A stretch of DNA of 64,000 bases from Hydrolagus affinis (Eukaryota). The position numbers and the translations under genes were made by a program. The DNA lies in NCBI GenBank assembly GCA_012026655.1, contig JAAILG010001297.1, positions 1-64,000 on the forward strand. The letters run 5' to 3'. The notes under the pieces were generated by a model. That model made no database searches and was not told the DNA's origin. It was given only the letters and a program-made list of their open reading frames with translations. Positions within the stretch are counted from its first letter, which is position 1. Every line of letters starts with the position of its first letter. Below, piece after piece: positions 26,148-38,446 of the stretch.

Positions 26148-26841
26148 TTATTCAGGAAAATCCAGTCTATAAGGTACTGGCTGAGCACAGTGACAGTGGA
26201 TTCCTGTGCAAGATTTCAGCGATGATTGCAAACTTCATTTCAGCTTACATTTTGTTTTGCTCAAGCGCTCAAATCACATGGAAAATAAAAGGCGGCAGAC
26301 AGGCAGCCGAAAAAAAAACCTCCTCATTCCCTCAAACATATTTTGCGAAGAAGCCATCTGGCAATACTTCTGCTCTTTTTTAACGGTCAAAAAAAAACAC
26401 TTAAAAATCCAAGCATTCCAGGGGATTTCTCATCTCTTTTGCTTGCAATTAATTATGCAACAGTTCTGTTGGTTATTTTGTGTTACTTGGAACAAAAAAA
26501 ACTGCTGTGGTATTGCGACTTCTCGCAAGTGTGACTTAATAGGATTTGTTAGAAAAAAATATAAGGAAAAGCTTTTTGAGAAAATCAGAGCTTGAGACAA
26601 AAGGAAAGGGGGCAAAATTTGGTGAAGCGAGCACAGATAAGACCGCATTTTCTTCCTGGCTGACTTAGGAAGTGAAGTGTGAAGACTGAGTGGAACGGAC
26701 AGGCTCTGTACTGTGATAACTGAAAGGGAAGAATCAGGTTAAGAGCAGAAATTAATGCTATTATGTACTTACAATAGAAGCTGCCAAATGACTGCTACTA
26801 AGAGGAAGAGGGGAAAAAGCAAGATGGCGATTTCTGCCCCT

Positions 26842-26843
<2 letters not shown>

Positions 26844-26876
<33 letters not shown>
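26844..26876. repeat. (CA)n microsatellite
   Basis: Pure AC run. Confidence 0.9.
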
Positions 26877-26879
<3 letters not shown>

Positions 26880-27516
26880 GATTACAGAGTGCCTGCATGT
26901 GTGTACATTTGTGGGTGTGCGATTGTGTTTCTTCTAATAAAAAAAACTGCTACCAACATATTTCTAGCTGTAAAAGAATCTGTGTGGTTTGGCTGAAAGA
27001 GGATTAGCCTAATTGTGATTTTGTTTTGCAGCCAAACACGCAAAAACACTGCGAGACATCTGCACCAAGCACTTTGCTTCCCACAGCATTTAGTTTTAGC
27101 TAAATAATTTAAAAAGGAGAAAGTTATGAACATTTTATGGGTCTTTTTATTGTGTGTGATTGGGTGGCTGGGTGGGTGGGTGGGTGGGTGTATGAGTGGG
27201 ATGGGAGGATGGTCCACGTGGGGGGAGCTGCAGTGTGCCCACTGGCACCATAAAGTGACCATTCTCCACGTGCAAAACTTGCCTATTGAATCCCAAGGGA
27301 GCATCACAGCCAGATCAAACACTGTCATCAGCAGACTCTATTGCACACTTTCAGTGAGCACTACTGGATAGCAGTCTGGAGTTTTTTTTGATTGATATTT
27401 TTTCATCTTCTGCCTGGAGAAAGTTTACTGCCGCCCAGTTGAGATTGGGTAACTCAAAAGGGCTTGAATTCTCCAGCTCTGTGTGGCTGAAGATTCAGTC
27501 ATGACCTAGCAGACCT

Positions 27517-27839
27517 GGAGTCCTGTAGCCCGATGGTTAGAGTGCTCGTCTTACAAGCGTGAGACCTGGGTTCGAATCCCAGCAGGGGTGAAACCTTGGG
27601 CAAGTTTCCCTACTCCAAATGCCTAGTAATAATCCGTCAAAAAAAAAACTATGATACATTGGTCATTTCAATCCACGACTGTTTGTGGGACGCTGCTGTG
27701 TGCAATTGGCTACTGCGTTTCACCCACAAATATACAGTCAATTCACTTTACGGTGTATTCTGTGAAGTGCTTTGTGACATCTAGCAGACATGAAAAGTGC
27801 TATATCAAAGACAAGGATTATTATTATTATTATTATTAT
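27517..27839 (+). mobile_element. Full-length young SINE
   Basis: ggagtcctgtagcccgatggttagag head, consensus B box ggttcgaatccc at 27569-27580, Deu-like body, (tat)n tail. Confidence 0.92.
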
Positions 27840-28217
27840 CTGAGCCATCATAAACAGTACCTTTTACGAGTAAACCAACAGGCAAACATTAGGAAGTTTT
27901 TCTTTGATCAGCCCATTGTAAATGTTTACTCAGTGACTTCTCAACGATGTGATGAGGCGCTGTAGCAAATGTAAGGATTATTATTATAATTCGGCTTCTG
28001 GTAAAACAGCACTGTCAGGCTGAATGTGCTGATGTATTACTGGTTGTTGTCAGCCCACAAGGGGGTGTGGTCAGGGACCCAAGGAGTCACGTAGGTGTTG
28101 GACGCAGATGGCGAGAGAGATATGGATGGCTCACTAGTGGCCCTGTTCCATTACTTCCATGGCTCCTTCCACTTTCCCTCTCCTTGAGCTCCCTCACATG
28201 AAGACTCCAGCCACAGA

Positions 28218-28422
28218 AACAACAACAAAATTACACTTGTACAGCGCCTTTCACGTCAGGAGGACGTCCCAAGGCGCTGGACAGTCATTGTTTTCGGAAA
28301 CCATTTAGGGAACTATCCCAGTGCTGAGAGCTGGGACGCTCGCGACCTCTACAACAACAACAACAAATTACATATGTACAGAGATTTTCACAACAGGAAG
28401 ATGTCCCAAGATGTTATACAGC
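28218..28422 (-). mobile_element. Two tandem L2-type 3' tails ending in (TTG)n
   Basis: aacaacaacaaaattacacttgtacagcgcctttcacgtcaggaggacgtcccaaggcgctggacag, then a second more decayed copy from about 28350. Confidence 0.7.
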
Positions 28423-28780
28423 TGCACTATTCCCATCGGAATAGCGCATATTAGTGTGCAGGGCGATCAAAACCCTCCCACCACAACAATGGAAAATGAG
28501 GGGGGGGGAACGGCCATTCTGCACAAATAACTCAAACCTCAGTTGCCAAAAGGCGTGAAAACTGGACCGAACTTGGTCGAGTTAAAGCTTTTCCATTCCA
28601 TGAACATTATGGATGAACCTCAGCTGAACCGAGCATTAATAATGACGGGCAATATTCAGAGCTCACCCATTGGCAAAGTGGGTAAGATCCCTTCACTGCT
28701 CGGGTTAGCTCCTGTAATTAAGGATCCTTGAGACCTCCTGAATATCAAAAGGTTTATCGACGTTGAAGTCGCTCTATATC

Positions 28781-28984
28781 TAATAATAATCCTTGCATTC
28801 AATATAGTACTTTTCATGTCTTCTAGACATCTCAAGCACTTCATGGAATATACTGTAAAGTGAATTGATTGCATATTGTGTGGGTGAAATGAGGCAGCCA
28901 ACTGCGTACAGCAGTGTTCCACAAACCGTCAGGGTTTGAGGTGACCAATTTTTTATTATTGTTTTTGAGGGATTCTTATCAGGC
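28781..28984 (-). mobile_element. Young SINE 3' two-thirds
   Basis: Tail and body match the reverse complement of 27620-27839. Confidence 0.85.
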
Positions 28985-29547
28985 TTGAATTATTATCAGG
29001 TTATATATTATCATTTATATTATATATACTGTAATAAAACTACATGGGTACACACCAATTGCAGACTAATAACCATTCCAGACTTGGGAAGCACCAAAGC
29101 CTACTTAATTTGATAAAAAAAAATCATGGCCATTATTTTTGTTTGTTTTTTAAAAAAAACACACACAAATATACTGATAGGTTCCCCTAAAAGGTTAATC
29201 AGAGAATAGTGAAATGCTGCGACATGCTGGGAATCAGTGTCCTTGCAGAACACCTTTTATTATTCCGAAATTATCAGTTACATTGCATCAGGATTCTTTT
29301 TATATTGTGTAGTGGGTGTGAGATTACTTGATTAAAGATTCATGGAATCATATTTTTCGCTGTTGCTAAGCTGCCTTATCAGTCTGGCTACTTATTTATT
29401 TATTGCAAAAACGAGGGTCAGTGTCGGCTGATGAGAAAAAAAAGCAAATTTGTGCATCAACTGACCTCCTGGCGACAATAAGTTATAGCTGGAGGTGTGG
29501 TAACAGCTCTGCTTTCAGGAATCAAAATAAATTGGTTAAAATATATT

Positions 29548-29581
<34 letters not shown>

Positions 29582-30777
29582 GACCGAGAGAGAAAGCTCG
29601 TAAACCAATGCTTCAGCTGACGTAAGAAAAAGCAATTTAAAATAGCTAGAAATATAAATTGGCAGGGCGAAGAGAAACTAAAATAATAATAAAAAAAGAT
29701 CCATTCAAAAAAACATTGCCAAGCATATAAAGTCAGATCTAAAATACCCATAGGCAGGCTTTATTGTACTGTGAAATGAAAGGAATATAAAAGCATCCCA
29801 GCGCAGCTTACTCCCATCATTTCCGAAAGGTCATCAGGAGACAGCAGTGACCTTGAGCTTCCACCTTTGCCTGATTAGTGGTTCAGTGGAGTGTGCCAAT
29901 CTCTGGGGTCAGATAGAGAGAAATGAAAAATGGCCTGATCTAACCTTATTTTCATTCCAGGGCTTCCTTCAGACAGCTGCTAAGAAGCCGGGTTATATAT
30001 TCGGTTAGCGATTTTAATGCTTCCTCGGGTTGGGTTTATCTGCCGTCCGCTGGCCGTACGTATTCAAAGAAACACAATGTGGTCACATCAACAAAAATTA
30101 TGCCACCGCCTGACCGTAATCAATAAGCGCAAGGACTTGAATATTATCTTTTATCTTATTCTCGGTATTAGCCTAACCAGCAACAGAAGCAGCAGCAGCA
30201 GCAGCAACGGGGTTCAGGTTAACATCCAATGAGAGAAAAATTGACGGTCCCAAATAATTCTATTTTCAGATTTTTTTTTTTCCTTTCCCACTCAGCACAA
30301 GTGTTGGAGAGTTGGGAGTGGGGGGGGGGGGGCGTCAATGATTTGTTTATTTTTCAGTGTCCCTGTCAAATGCTTCTGGTTTTAAAGAGAAATTCATTTC
30401 AGAAAACATTTGGCGGGTTGAAATCTAAAAAAGAACCTATTCACCACCGCACGCACGCATTAAATGAAATGAAATTCAATCGTGAAAGGTGCTTCTCTTC
30501 TCTTTCCCTCCAGTCTGCATAAATAAGATTGAAAAATATCGAAAAGCCAATTTGCAGAATATTAGAACGTCGTTCATTTACAAAATATCCTCTGCCTCGC
30601 TACCCTTCCAAGTAAAAGGCTTTAAAATCCCTAATGGCCACTAAGCAGAGCATCTCTCGTTAAAGGGGCCTCCATTTAATAGATTCGCTTACCGATCAGA
30701 AAGGAATATCAGGAACGTAATGGTGAATCTGCCATTTATTAACATTTTTTTAAATAAAAATCGCCATTGTTGCCTTA

Positions 30778-30840
30778 AACCACTGGGACGTCCTCTCGAC
30801 ATGAAAGGCACTATATATGTAAATTTGTCTTGTATTGTTT
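30778..30840 (+). mobile_element. L2-type 3' tail
   Basis: gggacgtcctctcgacatgaaaggcactatatatgtaaatttgtcttgt. Confidence 0.7.
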
Positions 30841-31367
30841 GCATCTCCTTGTAACTCGCAATTTTTGTCAGTTTCCTTTATCTTTTGATGATCCCTCCCC
30901 ACACCCCGACTGAACTCGTCATCTCTCGGGCTCGTGGGTCATTCCCGAAGCCACTTCAAATACAGAACCAGACGGGAGGACAGTGGATTTGCTCTCACTC
31001 ACTCTCTCCATTAAAACACTTCTGTACTAATTCAGTGTAAAACTATGTCTTAAAGGATTGCATGGCTACATCGGTGAATACTCCTCGCACAGTTATTTTA
31101 GTTCAAACCTAACGTATAGCTAACATGAAACAATGCGTGCCAACTGTGTAGTTTGGTCGCTGGTTGTTGCCATGGCAAATTTATGGTGGATGCTAAACAT
31201 TACTAGCTATTCGAAAGAAGGAGGCATTGGTGTGTCACTGACAAGGAGCGAAAACCATATTTTAAAAAGAAAAATTAAACTTGGTAATGATTTACAGAAC
31301 TCCACCTTCAGGAATTTCTACAAACTGCACAGCTGGAACTCAACCCAGTCTACTCCAAGCAACCGGT

Positions 31368-31635
31368 AACAACAACAAAATTTATATAGCGTCTTTGACA
31401 TAGCAAGGAGGTCCCAAAAGCACTGGACAGTGAAGGGTTCGCACCTGAGTTGGGGGTGGAGGTTAGGTCTCGGCGGTGCAGAAAATGCACAAATAAAAAC
31501 AGAATCCTTTAAACTGAAACATGTTTTCCCTTTATCCAAATGCCGCAACGCAGCCTGTGGTTAAAAGCGCTTCCAAGACACTACCCTGCGTATAGGACGC
31601 CAGATAAATGCAAGTTGGTTTTGTTGTTGTTGTTG
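31368..31635. mobile_element. Two L2-type tails in opposite orientation
   Basis: Minus-strand tail at about 31368-31432; plus-strand tail at about 31558-31635 ending in (ttg)n. Confidence 0.55.
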
Positions 31636-32400
31636 GAAATATAAATCTGAGAACTTTCAAAAACCCAAATTGTCAGAAACAAATCCAAGCGAGGACTCTC
31701 CTTGGCAAATAATTTCGAGTCCGAAAGCATCTGGTTAAACCCGGGGAGTGAAAAGGCAGTTTTGTCTGGACATCTTTGCGTTTTCGTAAACAGAAAACAG
31801 GCAATCGCGAAAAGTATTTCTATTTTTCCACTGGTCTGTATAAAGAAGAAAAAGTATTGACTTCTTTTCTCAATACTTCCCCCTCATCCCCCAAACTCTC
31901 TCCGAGGCCCCTCCCCCATCTTTAAGACGTCATTAAAAAATGCAATGATCCCAGCAATACCAGTTCATCCATCATTGACGTGACATTCAAAAGTTAAACA
32001 TACCATCTTATGTTTTGCTTCCAGTAAGCATAAAACATCTGCTGGGGATTGTGCATAAGTGACTGACACTGGAATGGACAGAAGTAGTTTAATTGCTTTT
32101 TTAAAAAAATACCATCGACAAAGAGCACATTGTACTGTGTGCACAGGCCTGGTGCAGAAACTGGCAAACTGTGCCTGTGATGCTATAAACAAACTCATCT
32201 CTCTCCTCCTCCACCTTCTCTCTCTCTCTCTCTCACTCATGTACACACACACATACACACACACAGACTCAGAAAGTACTGGAACTCAAAAGCCTGAAAT
32301 TTTACCTAGACTTTGCCTTTGAGATTATATTTTCCTTAAAAATCTGCACAGCTATTGTGATGAATTCTCATACAATCTGGACACCGGTTTCATTTTCAAT

Positions 32401-32694
32401 AGTTCCTGTAGCTCAGTGGGTAGAGGCACTCGCCTCGCAAGCGAGAGACCTGGGTTCAATTCCCGGCAGGGCGAAAACTTAGGGCAAGTTTCCTTTCTCC
32501 ACACGCCTGATAATAATCCCTCAAAAAATATATCGGTTATTTCAATCCACGACTGTTTGTGGGACACTGCTGTGCACAATTGGCTGCTGAGTTTCGTCAC
32601 AAATATACGGTTAATTCACTTTACTGTATTTTCTATGAAGCGCTTTGAGACATCTAGAAAATGTGAAAAGCGCTATGCAAATATTATTATTATT
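32401..32694 (+). mobile_element. Full-length young SINE
   Basis: tcctgtagctcagtgggtagaggcactcgcctcgcaagcgagagacctgggttcaattcccggcagggcg head, then body and tail. Confidence 0.92.
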
Positions 32695-33433
32695 AACGTC
32701 AGAGACCTGGATAACAAATTAAGGTGAATTTCAGGATTTCTGTGACAATCTTAAATTTTTTGAGGCAGCACGGTCTGAGATCAGGCACAATTTCAGGCCG
32801 CTGGAGGTAAAAGTTCATTGAGTGAGCTGAGTCTGAATTCTGACTTTGTTGGAAAAGGTGAGCAGACATTAACAGGCGGCCAATAACATCAGCAGAGTCA
32901 AAAGCGCCCAGAGATAGAACCCACCAAAACAACTTAATACAGTACATAATAAATATAGTTTTGAGATGGAAAATAATAAGTCTTAACACAAGAATTATTC
33001 TCAACAGGTGAGTGTTTACTTGGAGTTGATTTTAAAACTGTGTTTCCTATTCATTCCCTCCGCCACCCTGCTTCTGCACCCTCCCTATGCCAACAAAAGC
33101 TCCTATCAAAATAATGAAGTCCTGAAAATACATCGACAGGTTTAGAAAATGGAATTTAAAAAAAATATATATGATTGGATTTTATTTGAGGGGACAGGCA
33201 GCAAAATTGACAGATTGATGGTGCGCTTGCAAAAATCCTGGCTGATTGGTCAGCGAGACCCTGGCCTTGAGCAGTCATGATAAATTGATTGAAAGGATTG
33301 AATTCTTAAAACAAAGTTCAATCATGCTTTTTTTTTAACCCGCAAAGGATTCTCTCTGTCTCACAGGTATGGTACAGTACAGAGGCCTTGCACACTGTCA
33401 CACATACGTGAAAAAATGTGATGGGGTTTTAAT

Positions 33434-33500
33434 CCCAGCGTCTGGGGACGTCCTCTCGACGTGAAAGGCACTCTATAAATGTAATTTTGTTGTTGTTGTA
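33434..33500 (+). mobile_element. L2-type 3' tail
   Basis: ggggacgtcctctcgacgtgaaaggcactctataaatgtaattttgttgttgttgt. Confidence 0.75.
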
Positions 33501-33526
33501 ATTCACACAGGTGGAATGGAAATCTC

Positions 33527-33617
33527 CCATGTGTGGAGTAAGAAAACTTGCCCAAGATTTCACCTTGCCTGGAATTGAACCTAGGTCTCTCGCTTGCCAC
33601 TGAGCTACAGAGCTCCA
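33527..33617 (-). mobile_element. Young SINE head
   Basis: gtggagtaagaaaacttgcccaag...gaattgaacctaggtctctcgcttgccactgagctacag. Confidence 0.82.
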
Positions 33618-34420
33618 CTATTTTACCGTGCTTAAAGTTACTGAGGGGATGGGGAGAAGGAAAGAATGGGTTAAACAACTTAAAGCAACAATCCAAGCAC
33701 AACTACTTGAGGAGGAGGGGTGGGTGGGGAGCCTAACGAGCGATACAATGTTAGAGCTCCACTCACCCTCATTTACCAAATGGTTCTCTCACCGACAGGC
33801 TGTTGTGCTCTGCAATGAATAGTCTTTGTGCTAAAATGACATCTAAATCAAGAGATCATGAGTTCGAATCCGATGTTATATCTGTATGTTGTGCAATTTA
33901 TTGACATGGGACCCAACTGGAGTTTATGTTAATAGAATACTTCATAATATTGGTAAATGTGAATGCAGAGCACTGTGCTGAAATGAGTGCGCATGTAAGC
34001 CTGTATTACAGTAATTTGTGCTAAATAAACGTAGATATAGCTTGTTCTTCATACTTGTGACCCCCATCATTGGACTAATATCAAGTCAAGTACCATTTAC
34101 TCCATCTGAGATTTCAGCCAACAGGACAGAGAACACACGACACAATAACAGCATAAACAGTGAGGAGCGTTCACTTCTCGTTTCAACACCAACACAAAGA
34201 GTGAAAAGGTGCTTGTGGTGATAAAGCCCAGTGACACGAGTAGCTTGCTCCAGTGGAAGCCATCAGCCTGTGCCAGTGCAGGGTATAAAAGCCTCTGTAC
34301 TCGTTGGCATGAGGAATCTCACGTCCAAAATGATCCAAGTTTATTCTGCGTTCAAAGAATGGTCTCCGAACCTCCTCAATTCACTGCCTCAAACATCAAT
34401 AAAAGTGTAATCTTGCAGCA

Positions 34421-34555
34421 TCACACCCCCACAAAATACACAGTCAATTCACTTCACAGTATGTTCTGCGAAGCGCTTTGGGACATCTCAATGACGTGAA
34501 AAAGTGATGTATAAAATGCATGTATTATTACTATTAATATTATTATTATTATTAT
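34421..34555 (+). mobile_element. Young SINE 3' tail
   Basis: cccacaaaatacacagtcaattcacttcacagtatgttctgcgaagcgctttgggac...(tat)n. Confidence 0.82.
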
Positions 34556-36449
34556 CAGACTCTGCCATCACCAATCAGAGCATTAAAGCTAATTTTAAAC
34601 CTATTCCTTAGCCCCCACCCACCCCCTCCACCACCCACCTCCTTCCCACCACTGCCTTGCCTGAAATCAGCACAGAACCAGGGATCTTACCAGGGACATT
34701 GATGGCTGGTGTGGATATGGCTCAACTTGCACCTTGCTTGATGGGAGCAATTGAGTGCAAACGTTGTCACAACAGCCGAACTGAGCTATGTTTGCAGGCA
34801 AGAGAACCTCGGCTGCAAACCTGGGGTGAGTGGTGGCTGCGAAGCAAGTGCAGAGAGAGAAGATAGTTCACCGCTTCACAGGTTATCATCGCCTGGGCAC
34901 AGATCTTTGATAACATTAATGCCGGGTGATTGGGCACCTAATCAATACCGAGCTGTGACAATACTCACTACTAATAATGTGTCGAAATGAATCTGATTTT
35001 GAGAGTTGGCCTCCCAGTGTGTACAATCAAGGGCTTTGTAAAAAGCAATTTGCACAACCTCTACTCAAGTCAGAAGACTGGGGCTTTCCTCTGGCTTCTC
35101 TACTTTGCATCGTAAGTCCACTATTCAGCATGTTTAAGTGTAATCTAATTATAATCGATTATTAAGCAATCTCAAGTTAAAACAAAAACGCCCAAGAAGG
35201 ATAAAAACACAGATCTCTGCGGAGAAGCTTCCCGGAGTTGTGGGCGTTCTAATCTTACAATTTGCAACTTTTCAGAAAAAAATAAGGAATAATATGAATA
35301 CCATGAAAACAAGGAGAACAATCACATCATCAATTTGATCGACAAGCAAATACTGAGTGGCTGAGTCACACGCAGACCAGCAATGTCCCTTCTTACATCT
35401 CTGGTTCTGTGCATGAGTTAATTGAGTTCAGCCAGAGCAATAGTGCCTGAATACAAAATACAGTCACTACACCTGACAGTACAGTACATCCTGTGAGTGC
35501 AATCAATGAGTATGAAGAGATAATTATGAAGGGTCTCAGTGAGGATAAAATCAGTGGAGAAGGTGCAACTGGAACAGAAATAATTGAACGAGATGACAAT
35601 AGAAGGAATGAATATTGCACAAAGCAGAGGCGTGCGATACATGCAGTAACGCATAATCCTTCCTCCTTGCTGGAGGGCAAGGGAACCATAGGGTGCAAGA
35701 CCCCATTAAATTCTTCCGCTTTCCTGAGACTTCTAAAGGCTTTGCCTTTAATTGCCCTGGTCCTTGTTTGACAGAACAAAAAAAAGTGTCATTTCACAGG
35801 CACGTGCTTGTGTGTGGCTTGTACGACATGCATGTGGTTTTGCACTGTGCACGTGTGTGGCTTGTTGTGGAGTGTGTGCGTAAACACACAGAATCTCTAG
35901 TAGCACATGGCCCTGCAATGGTATGTGTGTGGTTAGTGCTCTGTTTGAACATGTGTGAGTGGGTGTCTGTCTGCAGGGCTTCAATGGGGCGTTTGTGTGG
36001 ATGTGTCAATGGGGTGGTGGGAGGGAAAGTAAGGAGCCTGTTTCTTATGGTTTATTGGAATATTAATCAAAATGCATATTACAAATCCGTATAAATCAGT
36101 TGATGCTGACAATTCCCATTAGGCCTTTCAGGGAGTGGCATAAAACAGAACTTTCAAAGGAAATGTAGATTAGGTTTGTGCACTGCAAGACTGTACGCTT
36201 CCCAGCGAAGAGAATGGAGAGCCATCAGACAGGAGATAAAAATTAATTAAGCTCTTGCAAAATGCTTGACTTTGTGCCAAACACCCGACAGCATCTCCTG
36301 GTGGGAAGTTAATTGTCCACTGTCCTCGAACCCCACCACCCACCTCCCCTGCCTTATATACTCGGGCATCATTTGTGGATTTTTCATAATGAGTTTGATG
36401 TAATAATTAGCACAACAAACATGCCACAAAATGTCGCAATTTGCACTCT

Positions 36450-36673
36450 CAATTCACGACTGTTAGTGGGATGCTGCTGTGCGCAATTGGCTGCCACGGA
36501 GCGGAGGTTTTAATCGGATTGTATGGTGATGTTATGGTTCGTAATTAGTATCATCATGTTCTCTCACGAATATTCGCCCGCAAATATACAGTCACGTCAC
36601 ATTACAGTATATTCTGTGAAGCGCTTTGAGACATCAAGTGAAAATCGCTATATCAAATGCAACGGTTATTATT
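36450..36673 (+). mobile_element. SINE 3' half with an internal insert of about 70 bp
   Basis: gctgtgcgcaattggctgccacg, then unrelated sequence at about 36500-36572, then ttcgcccgcaaatatacagtc and the tail. Confidence 0.75.
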
Positions 36674-38304
36674 CTATGAAGCAATAAATGTGTGCGTTCT
36701 CACAATCACTGGACTGCAGTGTCAAAGGTCACTACGATGGTCCTCAAGTAAAATGCCATAATGAACTTAAAAGGCTTTTTACTCTAAAACGGGAAACGGC
36801 TGCCATGGAAACCAATGTATCTGCAAGATTTTCATGGAGAATCTCCTAATTGCCGTTTAATCTTCTAATTGTAGTTCAATGCTGACCACGTAGCTTTGAG
36901 TGTAACTTTAGCTTCTCAGTGGAAGGCTGATCACCAGCTCCCCTTTATTAGTCAACCTCGCTGCGAGAGGCCAACATTTGTGCACCTCCAGCACTGCTGA
37001 GGGCAATCTCTGCGCAGGCGCGAGAACGTTTTTCCTTCCCCAGATGAAGGATGGCCGAGAGAGAGAGGGAGAGTAATTGATGACTGCGACAGGAACAGGT
37101 TGCCAGAAAGGGTGGTCGAGGCTGGGGAGAATGGATTTGCTGAAAAAACAGCTTGATGCTGTGATTGAAGGGCAGTGGGGTGGGTGCTGTAGGAAGGATG
37201 AGATCAAATGGGCTGAAGGACCCTACTCTATCCAAACCAACCTGGTGATAATCATGTGCGCAGTTTGGAAGCGAGGTGTATTATAATGGAGGAGGATCAA
37301 AACAATAGGTATTCAAGCAGGTGTACATAACAAGAGCAACATGCCTTGCCTTTATGCAATGATCTGTTGCCTGGACAAACACATACATTCACACATGCAC
37401 GAGCGCGACACACACACACACACACACACACATACACACAGACTTGCTGCCTATAATAGAAAAAATGAGCCCCCTGGCATTCATTATCTATTTAGAAATA
37501 TTTCTGTGCTAATGACGTTGGAGACTAAATGATAACTATGGATGCAAAATCGAAGTTAAAAGCTACTAAATTGATGTTCCATGCTTTCAATTAAATACAT
37601 TCATCTCTGATGAAACAAGTCTGCTTATATAAAAAAAACCGATTCATTAAATTCTTTGCATATTTTGCAGATGGAACTCATACAAGTCAAATTGGTTCAA
37701 CAAGAAAAGTAAGTTCTTGAAAATTGCCAAATTGATGCGTTATGCTTTTAATTAACAACACTTGCATATCATGACAAATGTCTCATAGTACCCGGCAATC
37801 TATTGGGCAGATTCCTGCCACGTTCCGGGAATGCACAGAGCCAAGGCTAGTCTGAGCTATTGCCGACATAGAGAGAGACAGAGAGAGGAGGGGGTGGGGG
37901 GTAGAGAGAAAAAGAAATCAAACAATTTCCTTTTGAACAGACGTGTTAGATTAGAAAGGATTTATTTGGGCCGTGGTTGTTTTTCATTGCGGAAAAGCAG
38001 GAGGACAAAATTTAAAAGATATTAAAAGTTAATTTATTTTCTTTCAAAAGTCCTCAAGGCAAAGATTTATGAACGTTTCCTATCTGCTGGATTCTGGGGC
38101 TGCGTTCTTTCTTTTTTTTAAAAAAAACATTTTTGTCCCAAAATAAGATTGCCCAGTGGGACAATGATCATATTGGAAGCAGGGAGGGGAAGAAAGGCAA
38201 CATAAATGATACACTGATATTAATGCATTGTTGGTAACCTTCCTCTTGTCTATCAACACTGAATTTATGGTGTACTTTATACCTCTCAGAGCCAATAAGT
38301 AGAT

Positions 38305-38446
38305 AGCAATAATAACAACAACAATCCTTTCATTTGATATAGCATCTTATCACTCCAGGAGAACGTCTCAAAGCAGTTCATGGGATTTGCTGTAAAGTGC
38401 AGGGACTGTGTGTTTAGCAGGCGAATGCGGCTGCCAACCTGCACAT
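38305..38446 (-). mobile_element. Older SINE 3' half
   Basis: aatcctttcatttgatatagcatcttatcac...acgtctcaaagc...gtaaagtgcagggactgtg. Confidence 0.7.

Noticed and set aside
27517-27592. SINE heads as genuine tRNA genes (also 9404, 17587, 26147, 32401, 33617)
   Set aside because: They have mismatched stems, variable anticodons and no adjacent poly-T terminator, and most continue directly into SINE body sequence.
35493-35771. 92-aa plus-strand ORF with an acidic N-terminus and hydrophobic end
   Set aside because: Non-ATG start, no family motif, no supporting splice or promoter signals.
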